From Bacilli bacterium (GTDB lineage: Bacteria > Bacillota_I > Bacilli_A > RF39 > UBA660): a stretch of DNA of 64,000 nt. The stretch's first letter is position 1. Each line of letters begins with the position of its first letter. Where the stretch lies: positions 17,361 through 81,360 of the forward strand of contig JAZQBG010000004.1 in assembly GCA_045545595.1 (NCBI GenBank), read 5' to 3'. The position numbers were made by a program, and so were the translations under genes. Positions 46,708 to 57,790 of the stretch are shown here, piece after piece. The notes beneath the pieces were generated by a model that searched no databases, was not told the DNA's origin, and saw nothing but the letters and a program-made list of their open reading frames with translations.

Positions 46708-47571
46708 ATGAAAATTCAAAATTCAGATATTAATTTGAATGTTAAAAATAATTTGATAGGAGTTATGAAAGTTGATGGAGTTGATTACATATCTTTAACA
46801 GATTTATCTAAGTATAAAAATCCTAACAATCCAGCAGATGTTATAAATAAGTGGATGACAAATAAGGATTCATTTGATTTTTATTGTTTGTGGGAAGAAT
46901 TATTTAATCCAAGTTTTAATTTAGCGGAATCTCGCGAAATTAAAATTAATGAGGTTGGGTATAATTCGTTTACAATGTCACCAACAAAGTGGAAAAAAAG
47001 AACAAATGCAATTGGTATATTACCGAGCAGCGGGAGGTATAGTAAAGGATGTTTTGCGCATCCTGATATTGCATTAGAATTTGCATCATGGATAGATACT
47101 AGTTTTAAATTATATTTGATAAAAGAATTTGAAAGATTAAAAACAGATGAAGCTAGAAAAAATGACAAAGAATGGAGTGTTAGAAGAAGTTTATCTAAAA
47201 CTAATTATAAAATTCATACTAATTCAATTAAAGAAAAACTTTTACCAATGCTTTCAAATAAACAAAAGAAGTTAGTTTATTCTGATGAGGCAGACATTTT
47301 GAATGTTGCTTTATTTGGTATAACTGCAAAAGAATGGAAAAAGAATAATCCGAATTTAGAAGGTAATATTAGAGATTATGCAGATATATTACATTTAGTA
47401 GTTTTAAATAATTTAGAAGCAATAAACTCTGAAATGATTTCAAGTGGAATTAATCAAAAAGAAAGGCTAGAAAAACTTAATGATATAGCCATTAAACAAT
47501 TATCTATTCTATATAATGATAATAATATTAAAAAACTAGATAATATTGATAGAATCAATGTGATTAAATAA
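46708..47571 (+). CDS. KilA-N domain protein, paralogue 2
   Basis: ATG 9 nt after GGAG. DYISLTDLSKY...AHPDIALEFASWIDTSFKLYL. Paralogous to 12043-12945. Confidence 0.7.
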   Translation: MKIQNSDINLNVKNNLIGVMKVDGVDYISLTDLSKYKNPNNPADVINKWMTNKDSFDFYCLWEELFNPSFNLAESREIKINEVGYNSFTMSPTKWKKRTNAIGILPSSGRYSKGCFAHPDIALEFASWIDTSFKLYLIKEFERLKTDEARKNDKEWSVRRSLSKTNYKIHTNSIKEKLLPMLSNKQKKLVYSDEADILNVALFGITAKEWKKNNPNLEGNIRDYADILHLVVLNNLEAINSEMISSGINQKERLEKLNDIAIKQLSILYNDNNIKKLDNIDRINVIK

Positions 47572-47576
47572 TTTAG

Positions 47577-49094
47577 ATGAAAGATAAAATATGTGGATAC
47601 TATTTAGATAGAGAACAAGAAGCAATAGTGTTAGATCAATCTAAACACTTATTGGTTGTTGCAGGTGCGGGTAGTGGAAAAACATTAACAATATTAGGAA
47701 AAATCAATTATTTAGTAAAATATAGCGGAATAGATAAAGATGACATATTATGTATTTCCTTTACTAAGGCAGCTGCAACTAGTTTAAAAGAGAAAATCAA
47801 AAAAGAGTTTAATCTAGATATGCCTGTTTACACTTTTCATAAACTATCATTGGAAATATTGAAAGACTATAAAATAAATTATAAAATTACTCCAACAGAT
47901 ATGCTAAGTAATATAATTCATGAGTTTTTATATATTAAAGTTTTAGATAATCCTAAATTTATGAAATTAATTTTAAAGTATTTTAAAGTTAAATATAAAG
48001 ATAAAAAGAAATATCTTAATTTTTTATATAATAATCAATATTTAATAGAAAATTTTGAAAATTTAATATCAACATTTATTAAATTATTAAAATGTAACGG
48101 CTATAACTTAAATAGTTTTGTCAAATTCTTAAAAATATCTAAACGAAATATTTTTAGTTATAAGAAGGAAAAAAATTTTCTAATTATAACACTCAACATT
48201 TATTTAATATACGAGAAATACTTAGAAGAAAATAACGAAATAGATTTTGATGATATGTTAATTAAGGCAACAAAGATAGTAGAGGAATGTGGTATAAAAA
48301 GAAAATATAAATATATCATTATTGATGAATATCAAGATACATCTTATATACGATTTCTACTAATAAAAAGGGTGTTAGACTGTACATCTGCATCATTATT
48401 AGTTGTTGGGGATGATTTCCAATCTATATACCGTTTCACAGGTTGTGATTTATCACTTTTTATTAATTTTCAAAAATATTTTCATGATTCAAGGATTATG
48501 AAAATTCAAAATACTTATAGAAATAGTCAAGAATTAATAAGTATTGCTGGAGATTTTGTAATGAAAAACAAAAATCAAATATTTAAAAACTTAAAGTCAG
48601 ATAAACATATAGATTATCCAATACAAATAATTTATTATACCAATATAAAAAAAGCTTTTCTAAAATTAATTTTAGAAATAAATACTCCAATATTAGTTTT
48701 AGGTAGGAACAATAATGATGTAAATTTAATATTTGATAAAAAATATTTTAAATTAGAAAATGAAAATATCATTTACATGGAAAACCCTAATAAAAAAATC
48801 AAATATTTAACGATGCATAAATCAAAAGGACTAGAAGAAGAGAATGTCATTATAATAAACTTAGAAGATAAATTATTAGGCTTCCCTAACAAAATAGTTG
48901 ATTCTAAAATTTTAAGATTTGTATCATCTGCATCTGATAAATATCCTTATAGTGAAGAACGAAGGTTATTTTATGTAGCGTTAACTAGGACTAAAAATTA
49001 TACATTTTTACTAGTTCCTAAAAGTAATGAATCAATATTTGTAAGAGAATTAAAGCGAAATTACAAAAATAAAATTAAAATATATTATTATTAA
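47577..49094 (+). CDS. compact UvrD/Rep-family (SF1) helicase, 505 aa
   Basis: Motif I AGAGSGKT, motif II IIIDEYQD, motif III VGDDFQSIYRFTG, motif V-VI TMHKSKGLE...LFYVALTRTK. Confidence 0.8.
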   Translation: MKDKICGYYLDREQEAIVLDQSKHLLVVAGAGSGKTLTILGKINYLVKYSGIDKDDILCISFTKAAATSLKEKIKKEFNLDMPVYTFHKLSLEILKDYKINYKITPTDMLSNIIHEFLYIKVLDNPKFMKLILKYFKVKYKDKKKYLNFLYNNQYLIENFENLISTFIKLLKCNGYNLNSFVKFLKISKRNIFSYKKEKNFLIITLNIYLIYEKYLEENNEIDFDDMLIKATKIVEECGIKRKYKYIIIDEYQDTSYIRFLLIKRVLDCTSASLLVVGDDFQSIYRFTGCDLSLFINFQKYFHDSRIMKIQNTYRNSQELISIAGDFVMKNKNQIFKNLKSDKHIDYPIQIIYYTNIKKAFLKLILEINTPILVLGRNNNDVNLIFDKKYFKLENENIIYMENPNKKIKYLTMHKSKGLEEENVIIINLEDKLLGFPNKIVDSKILRFVSSASDKYPYSEERRLFYVALTRTKNYTFLLVPKSNESIFVRELKRNYKNKIKIYYY

Positions 49095-49142
49095 ACTAAG
49101 TCTATAAATAGATATTATGTTATAATTAAGATGGTGGTAAAA

Positions 49143-51542
49143 ATGGATTTAGATAATTTAACAATTTCAAATAACACTTTACTTATTATTCCAAATAATA
49201 TTAAAAACAAAGTACTTAAAAAGCTAAGTGATAGTAGTATACTTTTTAATATTAAAATAATGTCATTAGAAGAATTCAGAAATAAATTCTATTTTAGTTA
49301 TGATGAAAAATCCATTTATTACTTAATGAATAAATATGGTTATAAGTATAGTATTGCTAAAGAATACCTAAATAGTTTATATTATGTAGATGAAAGTGAC
49401 TATGAAAATGAAAAGTTAAAATTTTTAAAAGATTTAAAATTAGAATTAGGAGAAAACAAATTATTGAATATTGATTATTTGTTTGTAGATTATATTAAAA
49501 ATTTTAAAATTATTATATATGGTTATGATTATATAAATAAATTTTACAAAAAAATGTTTGACAAAGTTGAAGAATATTCGAGTGTCGAAATAATTGAAAA
49601 AGAAAAGAGAAGTAATAAGAATTTAAAGGTTTATGAATTTAAAAATATAGAAGAAGAAATTTCATTTATTTCTCAAAAAATTATAGACTTAATAAAAAGT
49701 GGTGTAGATATAAATAAAATATTTATAGCTAATGTTAGTAGTGAATATTATGAAGTTATAAAAAGAATATTTAAATTCTACAAATTACCTATAAGTTTAG
49801 ATGAAACAAATTCCATTTACAGCACAACCCTAATAACGGAATTTTTAACAGAACTAAAACAAATGAGAAGTATTGAAAGTTCTATCAACAGAATTGTGGA
49901 AAAGTATAATCTAGAGAATAATGAAAATCTAGATATATTTAATAAACTTGTTAATATTTGTAACAAATATAATTTTGAAAAAGTAGATGATTCTATTATA
50001 AATTGTATAGAAGAAGAATTAAAAAATACAAATATTAAAAAATTAAATCTTAATAATTCAGTAAAGTGTATTAATATTAAAGACAATATATTTAGTGACT
50101 CAGAACACATTTTTATAATTGGATTTAATCAAGGAACTATTCCTAAGTTATATAAAGATGAAGATTATTTAGGTGATAATATAAAATCATTATTAAATAT
50201 AGAAACAACAACTGAAAAAAATATTATAGAAAAACAAACAATATCAAATATAATTAACAAAATCCCTAATTTAACAATATCTTATAAACTAATATCACCA
50301 TTTGAAAGTTATTATCCATCAAGTTTGATAGATGAATTAAACATGGAAATTATTAAAGTAGATGATGAAAAGTATAATTATTCAAATATATATAACAAAA
50401 TACAATTATCTCAAAAATTGGATACTATGATTAAATATAACACAATAGAGAATAATTTAAATGTTTTATATTCAAATTACAAAGATTTAGACTATTTAAA
50501 ATATGATAATAAGTTTACAGGAATAAACAAAGACAATTTAAAAAAATATTTAGATAATAAATTATTACTTTCATATTCTAGTATAGATAATTATTTCAGA
50601 TGTGGATTCAGATATTATATAAACAATATATTAAAATTAGATAAATATGAAGAAACTTTTCCACAATTTATTGGGAACTTATTTCACGACATATTATCAA
50701 AAGCATTTGAAGATAACTTTAATTACGAAGAGGAATTTAATAACTATATAAAAGATAAAAATTTAACTAATAAAGAATTATTCTTAATTAATAAGCTTAA
50801 AGACGAATTATTATTTGTAATTGAAACAATTAAACAAAATGATAAATATTCTAAATTAAATGAAGCTTTATATGAACAAAAAATCTATATAGATAAAAGT
50901 AGAGATATTAAAATAACATTTATGGGGATAATAGATAAGCTTAAATATAAAGTAGATAATGATAAAACATATGTATCCATAATTGATTATAAAACAGGTA
51001 ATACACCAACAAATCTTAACAATACAATTTATGGATTAAATATGCAGTTACCAATTTATCTTTATTTGGCTAAAAATTATAAACAATTTCAAAATGTAGA
51101 ATTCATTGGTTTTTATCTTCAAAAAGTACTAAATAATGAAATAAGTGTTAAAGGTAACGAAGATTATGAAACACTAAAAAGACAAGCATTAAAGTTAAAT
51201 GGTTATAGCGTTAGTGATGAATCATTACTTGAGTTATTTGATTCTACATATAAAGATAGTGAAGTTATAAAAAGCATGAAAATGAGTAGTAAAGGATTTT
51301 ATAGTTATGCGAAAGTATTAAATAGAAAGCAAATAGAGAAATTAACAGAAGTTGTGGATAACAACATTAATAACGCTATTGATGGAATAATGGATGCTAA
51401 ATTTGATATAAATCCAAAAAGAGTTGGTCAAACAAATTTAGGATGTGAGTTTTGTAGTTATAAAGATTTGTGTTATATGAATGAAAAAAATATAGTTAAT
51501 TTAGAAGAACATACAGATTTAGATTTTTTAGGAGAGGATTAA
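49143..51542 (+). CDS. addB: AddB (helicase-nuclease AddAB subunit B), short form with a degenerate N-terminal ATPase
   Basis: C-terminal PD-(D/E)XK nuclease (IIDKLKY...IIDYKTG) and Fe-S Cys cluster (CGFRYY... GCEFCSYKDLC). Sits upstream of addA. Confidence 0.75.
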   Translation: MDLDNLTISNNTLLIIPNNIKNKVLKKLSDSSILFNIKIMSLEEFRNKFYFSYDEKSIYYLMNKYGYKYSIAKEYLNSLYYVDESDYENEKLKFLKDLKLELGENKLLNIDYLFVDYIKNFKIIIYGYDYINKFYKKMFDKVEEYSSVEIIEKEKRSNKNLKVYEFKNIEEEISFISQKIIDLIKSGVDINKIFIANVSSEYYEVIKRIFKFYKLPISLDETNSIYSTTLITEFLTELKQMRSIESSINRIVEKYNLENNENLDIFNKLVNICNKYNFEKVDDSIINCIEEELKNTNIKKLNLNNSVKCINIKDNIFSDSEHIFIIGFNQGTIPKLYKDEDYLGDNIKSLLNIETTTEKNIIEKQTISNIINKIPNLTISYKLISPFESYYPSSLIDELNMEIIKVDDEKYNYSNIYNKIQLSQKLDTMIKYNTIENNLNVLYSNYKDLDYLKYDNKFTGINKDNLKKYLDNKLLLSYSSIDNYFRCGFRYYINNILKLDKYEETFPQFIGNLFHDILSKAFEDNFNYEEEFNNYIKDKNLTNKELFLINKLKDELLFVIETIKQNDKYSKLNEALYEQKIYIDKSRDIKITFMGIIDKLKYKVDNDKTYVSIIDYKTGNTPTNLNNTIYGLNMQLPIYLYLAKNYKQFQNVEFIGFYLQKVLNNEISVKGNEDYETLKRQALKLNGYSVSDESLLELFDSTYKDSEVIKSMKMSSKGFYSYAKVLNRKQIEKLTEVVDNNINNAIDGIMDAKFDINPKRVGQTNLGCEFCSYKDLCYMNEKNIVNLEEHTDLDFLGED

Positions 51543-51543
51543 T

Positions 51544-51936
51544 TTGAAAAATATAGATTTCAAAAATACAATTTTGAATATTATTGCATGTAGTTTATAT
51601 TTACTTAAAATTTTAGGAAGTATTACAATAATAATATTTCTAGTATACTTATTTTTACATACAACAGATACAATTACTAGAATTATACTTATTCCGTTTT
51701 TTATATGTGGATTTACAATATTTGGTGCTTTAATAGCTAAGTTTTTTAGAAAAGTTAATTTAGAAGTATTATTTCACAAACTATATACTGTTGGTTTTTT
51801 ACTGTTTTGGTTCGGAGTATTAGTATTAGGTTGTTATCTAAGTTTAATTAATAGAGAATACCAAATGATAATATTTACAATACCATTTTGGCTAGTAGGT
51901 ATATATATGGTTTATAAAAATTTTATTAAAAAATAA
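51544..51936 (+). CDS. small polytopic membrane protein (130 aa, about 4 TM) nested between addB and addA
   Basis: TTG start 1 nt after the addB stop, preceded by GGAGAGGA. Entirely hydrophobic helices. Confidence 0.45.
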   Translation: MKNIDFKNTILNIIACSLYLLKILGSITIIIFLVYLFLHTTDTITRIILIPFFICGFTIFGALIAKFFRKVNLEVLFHKLYTVGFLLFWFGVLVLGCYLSLINREYQMIIFTIPFWLVGIYMVYKNFIKK

Positions 51937-51956
51937 TAGTTAAAAGAGGTGAGTTT

Positions 51957-54900
51957 ATGCCTAAATGGACAGAAGAACAACAACAAGCAATTGATCTAGA
52001 AGGAAAAAATATAATCGTAAGTGCGGGTGCAGGTAGTGGTAAAACTGCAGTATTAACAGAAAGAGTTTTGAGAAAATTAAAAAGTGGTGTTAATATTGAC
52101 GAATTATTAATTTTAACATTTACTAAAGCAGCTGCACATGAAATGAAAGAAAGAATTAGAAAAGCGATAAAAAAAGTTCCTAATATTAAAGAACAATTAA
52201 ATAAAATTGACAGTGCTTATATAACTACATTTGATAGTTATGCCTTATCAATTGTAAAAAAATATCATTATATTCTTAACGTTTCTAACGATATTTCAAT
52301 ATGTGAGGCTAGTATAATAAACTTAGAAAAAGAAAAAATCATTGATGAAATATTTGAACAACTATATAGCGAAAATAATGAAAAATTTATGAAACTAATA
52401 GGTGACTTTTGTGTAAAAGATGATAAAGAAATCAAAGAAGCTATTATTTCAATAAGTAATAAATTAGACTTAAAATATGACAAGCAAGAATACTTATTAA
52501 ATTACATTAATCACAAATTTGATGACTCTGTAATAGATAACGATATTAAAAGTTTTACTAATATATTAATAGATAAAATAAATTCTATAAATAATGAATT
52601 AAAGAATTTAAATATGTATGTTGAACCAGATTATTATAATAAAATGTATGATACTTTAAGTAGATTATTAGGCTCTAAAACAATAGAAGAAATAAATACT
52701 AACATAGATACCAAACTACCTAGTATACCTAGAGGAACAGATGAATTAGGTAAAGCATCTAAAGATAAAATATCAGGAATATTAAAAGACATACAAGGAT
52801 TATGTGTCTATAGTAATGATAAAGAAATTAAAGATTCTATTTTATATACTAAAGAATATGTTGAAATAATTATTGATATTATTTTAAAATTAGATAAAAA
52901 ATTAAATGAATTTAAATTTAATAAAGATTTATATGAATTTAATGATATTGCCAAAATGGCAATTAGAATATTAAAAGAAAATCCAAATATTGCTTTAGAA
53001 CTAAAAAATAGTTTAAATGAGATTCTAATTGATGAATACCAAGACACTAATGATTTACAAGAAGATTTTATTTCTATGATAGCAAACAATAATGTATATA
53101 TGGTAGGTGATATTAAACAATCAATATATAGATTCAGAAATGCGAATCCATATATATTTAAAAACAAATATGATACTTATACTGATGGAGAAATTGGAAT
53201 TAAAATTGATTTAAACAAAAACTTTAGATCTAGAAAAGAAGTATTAGATAATATCAATGTAATATTTAACTTAGTAATGGACGATTTAATAGGTGGAGCA
53301 CAATATAAAATTTCACATCAAATGATATTTGGTAATTTAACATATGAAGAAGAAGGTAAGACTAGTCAAAATAATAATATAGAATTTTACAATTATGAAT
53401 TTGATAAAAGTAAAGGTTTTACTAAAGAAGAAACTGAAATATTTATAATTGCGAATGATATAAAAAACAAGATAGAAAACAAATATCAAATATTTGATAA
53501 AGATACTTTAGAAGTTAGAGATGCAAAATATAGTGATTTCGTAGTTTTAATCGACAGAACTACTAATTTTGATTTATATAAAAAAATATTTGAATATATG
53601 TCAATACCATTATCAGTTTTAAAAGATGAAACAATAACTAATGGTACAGATATAAATCTTATTAAAAATATCTTAAGACTGTTAATTAATTTAAAACAAA
53701 ATAAATTTGATGAAGATTTTAAATATGCTTTTATGAGTATCGCACGTAGTTACTTGTTTAAATTAGATGATGATAAAATATTTGACTATATATTAAATAA
53801 CACATATAAAGAATCAGAAATTATGGAAATTTCATATAAAATTCTATCAAGAATAGATAATATAGATATATCAACTCTATTAAATATAATAATTGATGAA
53901 TTTGATTTTTATAATAAATTAATAACAGTTGGTAATATTAAAGAAAGCATTATAAGACTTGAATATATAATTAATCTTTCTAAAAATTTACAAGACATAG
54001 GTTATAATGTTTTAGATTTCTATGAATACTTAGATAATATTTCATCTAAAAATTATGATATTAAGTTTTCATCAAACAATGAAAATAGTGATAGTTGTAA
54101 AATAATGACTATACATAAATCAAAAGGATTAGAATATCCAATTTGTTATTATTCGTCACTATATTCAAAATTTAATATTAGTGATTTAAAAGAAAAATTT
54201 ATATTTGATAATACATATGGTATTATTACTCCATACGTTCAAAATGGTATTAAAAGTACTATATATAAAAATTTGTTAAAAGAAAAATATTTAAAAGAAG
54301 AAATATCAGAAAAAATTCGTTTATTCTATGTTGCATTAACTAGATGCAAAGAAAAGATGATTGTCATTAACTCATTTAACGATTACGATATCATAAATAA
54401 GAATGGATTAGTTGAAAATGATATTAGATTAAAATACGCTTCATTTAGTGACATATTAAATTCGATTAAAAATGATATTAGTGAGTATATTAATAATATA
54501 GAATTAGATAAGATTCATATGAGTAAAGATTATAATCTTATAAAAAGTTCTAATTATAAATCTAAAATTCCTAGTTCTGATATAGTGTTAAATATAGAAG
54601 AAATAAATATTGAAAATGAACAAATTGAAGATAAGAAATTTTCTAAAACCTTAAATTCAGTTATCAGCAAAGAGGAAAAAGAAAAATTAGAAATAGGAAC
54701 AAATGTCCATTATGCATTAGAAGTTTTAGATTTTAAAAAACCTAATTTTTCAAATTTAAATATAAATAAATTTTACATAGATAAAATAAAAAAGTTTTTG
54801 TCTAATGAAATATTTGATGATGTTAACAATACTAAAATTATTAAAGAACATGAATTTATTTATGAGAAGGATAATATTGAGTATCATGGTATTATAGATT

Positions 54901-55097
54901 TAATTTTAGAAAAAGACGATGAAATAATTGTTTTAGACTATAAACTTAAAAATATTGATGATGAAGCTTATACTAAACAATTATTGGGATATAAAGATTA
55001 TATTTCACAAAAGACTGATAAAAAAATATCATTATATCTATACTCGATATTAGATGAAAGAATAAAAAATATAGATGATAGTCTAGAACTAATATAA
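51957..55097 (+). CDS. addA: AddA (ATP-dependent helicase/nuclease subunit A)
   Basis: UvrD-type motifs SAGAGSGKTAVL, LIDEYQDTN, VGDIKQSIYRFRNA and TIHKSKGLE. C-terminal nuclease GIIDLILEKDDEIIVLDYK. Confidence 0.9.
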   Translation: MPKWTEEQQQAIDLEGKNIIVSAGAGSGKTAVLTERVLRKLKSGVNIDELLILTFTKAAAHEMKERIRKAIKKVPNIKEQLNKIDSAYITTFDSYALSIVKKYHYILNVSNDISICEASIINLEKEKIIDEIFEQLYSENNEKFMKLIGDFCVKDDKEIKEAIISISNKLDLKYDKQEYLLNYINHKFDDSVIDNDIKSFTNILIDKINSINNELKNLNMYVEPDYYNKMYDTLSRLLGSKTIEEINTNIDTKLPSIPRGTDELGKASKDKISGILKDIQGLCVYSNDKEIKDSILYTKEYVEIIIDIILKLDKKLNEFKFNKDLYEFNDIAKMAIRILKENPNIALELKNSLNEILIDEYQDTNDLQEDFISMIANNNVYMVGDIKQSIYRFRNANPYIFKNKYDTYTDGEIGIKIDLNKNFRSRKEVLDNINVIFNLVMDDLIGGAQYKISHQMIFGNLTYEEEGKTSQNNNIEFYNYEFDKSKGFTKEETEIFIIANDIKNKIENKYQIFDKDTLEVRDAKYSDFVVLIDRTTNFDLYKKIFEYMSIPLSVLKDETITNGTDINLIKNILRLLINLKQNKFDEDFKYAFMSIARSYLFKLDDDKIFDYILNNTYKESEIMEISYKILSRIDNIDISTLLNIIIDEFDFYNKLITVGNIKESIIRLEYIINLSKNLQDIGYNVLDFYEYLDNISSKNYDIKFSSNNENSDSCKIMTIHKSKGLEYPICYYSSLYSKFNISDLKEKFIFDNTYGIITPYVQNGIKSTIYKNLLKEKYLKEEISEKIRLFYVALTRCKEKMIVINSFNDYDIINKNGLVENDIRLKYASFSDILNSIKNDISEYINNIELDKIHMSKDYNLIKSSNYKSKIPSSDIVLNIEEINIENEQIEDKKFSKTLNSVISKEEKEKLEIGTNVHYALEVLDFKKPNFSNLNINKFYIDKIKKFLSNEIFDDVNNTKIIKEHEFIYEKDNIEYHGIIDLILEKDDEIIVLDYKLKNIDDEAYTKQLLGYKDYISQKTDKKISLYLYSILDERIKNIDDSLELI

Positions 55098-55192
55098 AAG
55101 TGTATAATTTGTGTAAATATTTATTATATAAATATATTCTTTTTTGTCTTTTTGTTATAATTTAATTATAAAATAAGGGAGGAATATTAAAT

Positions 55193-56245
55193 ATGAAAAA
55201 TGTAAAAGTTGTTCAATATGGCAGTGGAAAAATGTCAGTATATACAATGCGTTACGTTTTAGAAAACGGAGGACAAATTGTAGGTGCGATTGACATTAAC
55301 GAAGATATTATTGGAAAAGATATTGGAGAAATAATTGGTTCTGAAAATTTAGGAGTTAAAGTAACTGATGCAAAAGATGCAGAAAAGTTATTAAAAGAAG
55401 TTAAACCAGATGTATGTATAGTTACTACTATGAGTTTAATAAATGATGTTAAAGATGCTTTGTTACTTTGTGCAAAATTAGGAATAAATGCAATTACAAC
55501 GTGTGAAGAAGCATTTTATCCAATGAATTCATCACCAACATTAACAAAAGAAATTGACAAGTTAGCAAAAGAAAATAATTGTACTATTACAGGTAGTGGA
55601 TATCAAGATGCCTTTTGGGGTAATTTAATTACAACACTAGCAGGTACTACACAAAAAATTACAAAAATTAAAGGGAGTTCAAGTTATAATGTAGAAGATT
55701 ATGGAATTGCCCTTGCAAAAGCACATGGTGCAGGACTTACATTAGAAGAATTTGATGAAAAAATAGCATCAGCTGATAATATCAGTGATGAAGAAAGAAA
55801 TGAAATTATCGAAAAAGGAGAATACACTCCAAGTTATATGTGGAATGTTAATGGATGGTTATGTGATAAATTAGGATTAACTGTCATAAGACAAACACAA
55901 AAATGTGTACCACAAACACATGACGAAGATATTGAGTCATCAACACTTGGTATGACAGTTAAAAAAGGTATGGCAACAGGAATGAGTGCGGTAGTTACAA
56001 CAACTACTAAAGAAGGAATTACTTTAGAAACAGAATGTATTGGTAAAGTATATTCCAAAGATGATTGCGACAAAAATGATTGGACAATCTATGGTGAACC
56101 AAATACTAATCTGGTTATTACAAGACCAGCAACAGTAGAACTTACTTGTGCAGCAATTGTAAATAGAATACCTGATGTTATTGCTTCAAAACCAGGATTT
56201 GTTCCAACATCACAAATGGGTGAATTAAAATATATTAAAAAGTAA
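55193..56245 (+). CDS. DapB-N-like NAD(P)-binding oxidoreductase (amine dehydrogenase / 2,4-diaminopentanoate dehydrogenase-like)
   Basis: N-terminal Rossmann VKVVQYGSGKMS. Overall layout resembles the DapB-like amine dehydrogenase family. Substrate unknown. Confidence 0.45.
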   Translation: MKNVKVVQYGSGKMSVYTMRYVLENGGQIVGAIDINEDIIGKDIGEIIGSENLGVKVTDAKDAEKLLKEVKPDVCIVTTMSLINDVKDALLLCAKLGINAITTCEEAFYPMNSSPTLTKEIDKLAKENNCTITGSGYQDAFWGNLITTLAGTTQKITKIKGSSSYNVEDYGIALAKAHGAGLTLEEFDEKIASADNISDEERNEIIEKGEYTPSYMWNVNGWLCDKLGLTVIRQTQKCVPQTHDEDIESSTLGMTVKKGMATGMSAVVTTTTKEGITLETECIGKVYSKDDCDKNDWTIYGEPNTNLVITRPATVELTCAAIVNRIPDVIASKPGFVPTSQMGELKYIKK

Positions 56246-56332
56246 TAGACATTAAAAGTAAATATTTATAAAATATTTGCTTTTTTTGTTTAAAAAATGG
56301 AAATATATTCATAATAAAAATAGGTGATTATT

Positions 56333-57058
56333 ATGTTTTTAAATACCAATTGGATAGAAGTAGGGGATGTTATTCTTCGTGCTTTAATATCATTAGTTAC
56401 ATTATTCTTAATAACAAAATTACTTGGAAAAAAACAAGTATCACAACTTAGTGTATTTGATTATGTAATAGGAATATCAATAGGTAACTTTGCCGCAGAA
56501 ATGACTATAAATATTGAATCACAATATATGAATGGAATTGTAGCAGTAGTTGTGTTTGGTGTTGTTGCATATCTAATATCAATATGGACTATGAAAAGTA
56601 TTGTAATAAGAAGATTTTTTATGGGTACTCCTACATTATTAATACAAAATGGTAAACTAATTGAAAAAAACTTAAAAAAAGTTAAATTTGATATGAATGA
56701 TTTATTAGAAGAATGTAGGAGTAATGGTTATTTTGATATTAGTGAAATAGAATATGCAATAATGGAAGCCAATGGGACATTAAGTATATTACCCAAAGGA
56801 GAATATAAACAGCCAACCATAAAAGATATGAATTTAAAAGCAGAAAAACAAGGATTATGTGCGAATGTGATCATCGATGGTAAAATTATGTACAATAATC
56901 TTAAACATATTCACAAGACCGAAAAATGGCTGTTAAAAGAATTAAAAGTAAGAGGACAAGAACTAGGTGATATATTATTAGGTACAGTTGATATTAATGA
57001 AAAATTAGTTTTATATAATAGAAATAATAATGAAGAAAAATTTGATGTTTTAGAATAA
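56333..57058 (+). CDS. DUF421 (YetF/YrbG-like) membrane protein
   Basis: N-terminal TM helices, then the pattern LLGKKQVSQLSVFDYVIGISIGN typical of DUF421. Confidence 0.7.
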   Translation: MFLNTNWIEVGDVILRALISLVTLFLITKLLGKKQVSQLSVFDYVIGISIGNFAAEMTINIESQYMNGIVAVVVFGVVAYLISIWTMKSIVIRRFFMGTPTLLIQNGKLIEKNLKKVKFDMNDLLEECRSNGYFDISEIEYAIMEANGTLSILPKGEYKQPTIKDMNLKAEKQGLCANVIIDGKIMYNNLKHIHKTEKWLLKELKVRGQELGDILLGTVDINEKLVLYNRNNNEEKFDVLE

Positions 57059-57248
57059 GTATCTTTGAATATTATAATTTATTAATATATTCCTTCTTCA
57101 TAATAGAAATTAATAATATACTAATATTTTGTTAAGAATATTAGTATATATGACAAATTTTTACAAATATAATCAAAAATAACAAAAACACTTTGTAATT
57201 ATTAAAAAATATGTTATAATTTATGTATCTTAAGAAGGAGGAGTTTAT

Positions 57249-57611
57249 ATGGATTTAATGTTAATTGGTAAAAGCGTAAGTGATATTTGTTCAGGTGATA
57301 TGGTAACAATAATGAAAGTTGTTAGAAATGTATTAACTATAATCCAAATCGCCGTACCAATAATATTAATAATAATAGGATCTATTGATTTAATGAAAGC
57401 TGTTATGGCAGGTAAAGAGGATGAAATTAAAAAAGCTCAAGGTACTTTTATAAAACGTGCGATTGCAGCTGTTATTGTTTTCTTTATCCCACTAATCGTA
57501 AATATTGTTTTAGGATTACTTCCTGTTGAAAATGGTTTAGAAGCAAGTGATGGAACAGATCTTAATTATAAAAAATGTTGGGACTTAGGTGTAGATAAAA
57601 AGAAAAATTAA
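57249..57611 (+). CDS. VirB2/TrbC-like (pilin-like) membrane protein, orphan paralogue 3
   Basis: SD AAGGAGG. VPIILIIIGSIDLMKAVMAGKEDEIKKAQGTFIKRAIAAVIVFFIPLI is nearly identical in pattern to the C-termini of 17329-17790 and 17885-19054. Confidence 0.5.
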   Translation: MDLMLIGKSVSDICSGDMVTIMKVVRNVLTIIQIAVPIILIIIGSIDLMKAVMAGKEDEIKKAQGTFIKRAIAAVIVFFIPLIVNIVLGLLPVENGLEASDGTDLNYKKCWDLGVDKKKN

Positions 57612-57790
57612 AAAGTGAATTATACCTATATTTGATAAAAACGTATAAAAGTGAATTGAAATTTTTATATGTTTTTTTATATATAAAACTTTGATTATAA
57701 AACAAATTGGAATACAAGAAATATATATTGTATTTTTTAAATTATTTTGCTATACTAATATTGTATTAAGATTAATAGATGGGTGATTTT

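Noticed and set aside
47577-49094. Gabija (GajB-like UvrD helicase of about 500 aa)
   Set aside because: There is no adjacent OLD/TOPRIM GajA-type ATPase-nuclease. The upstream partner is a KilA-N protein.
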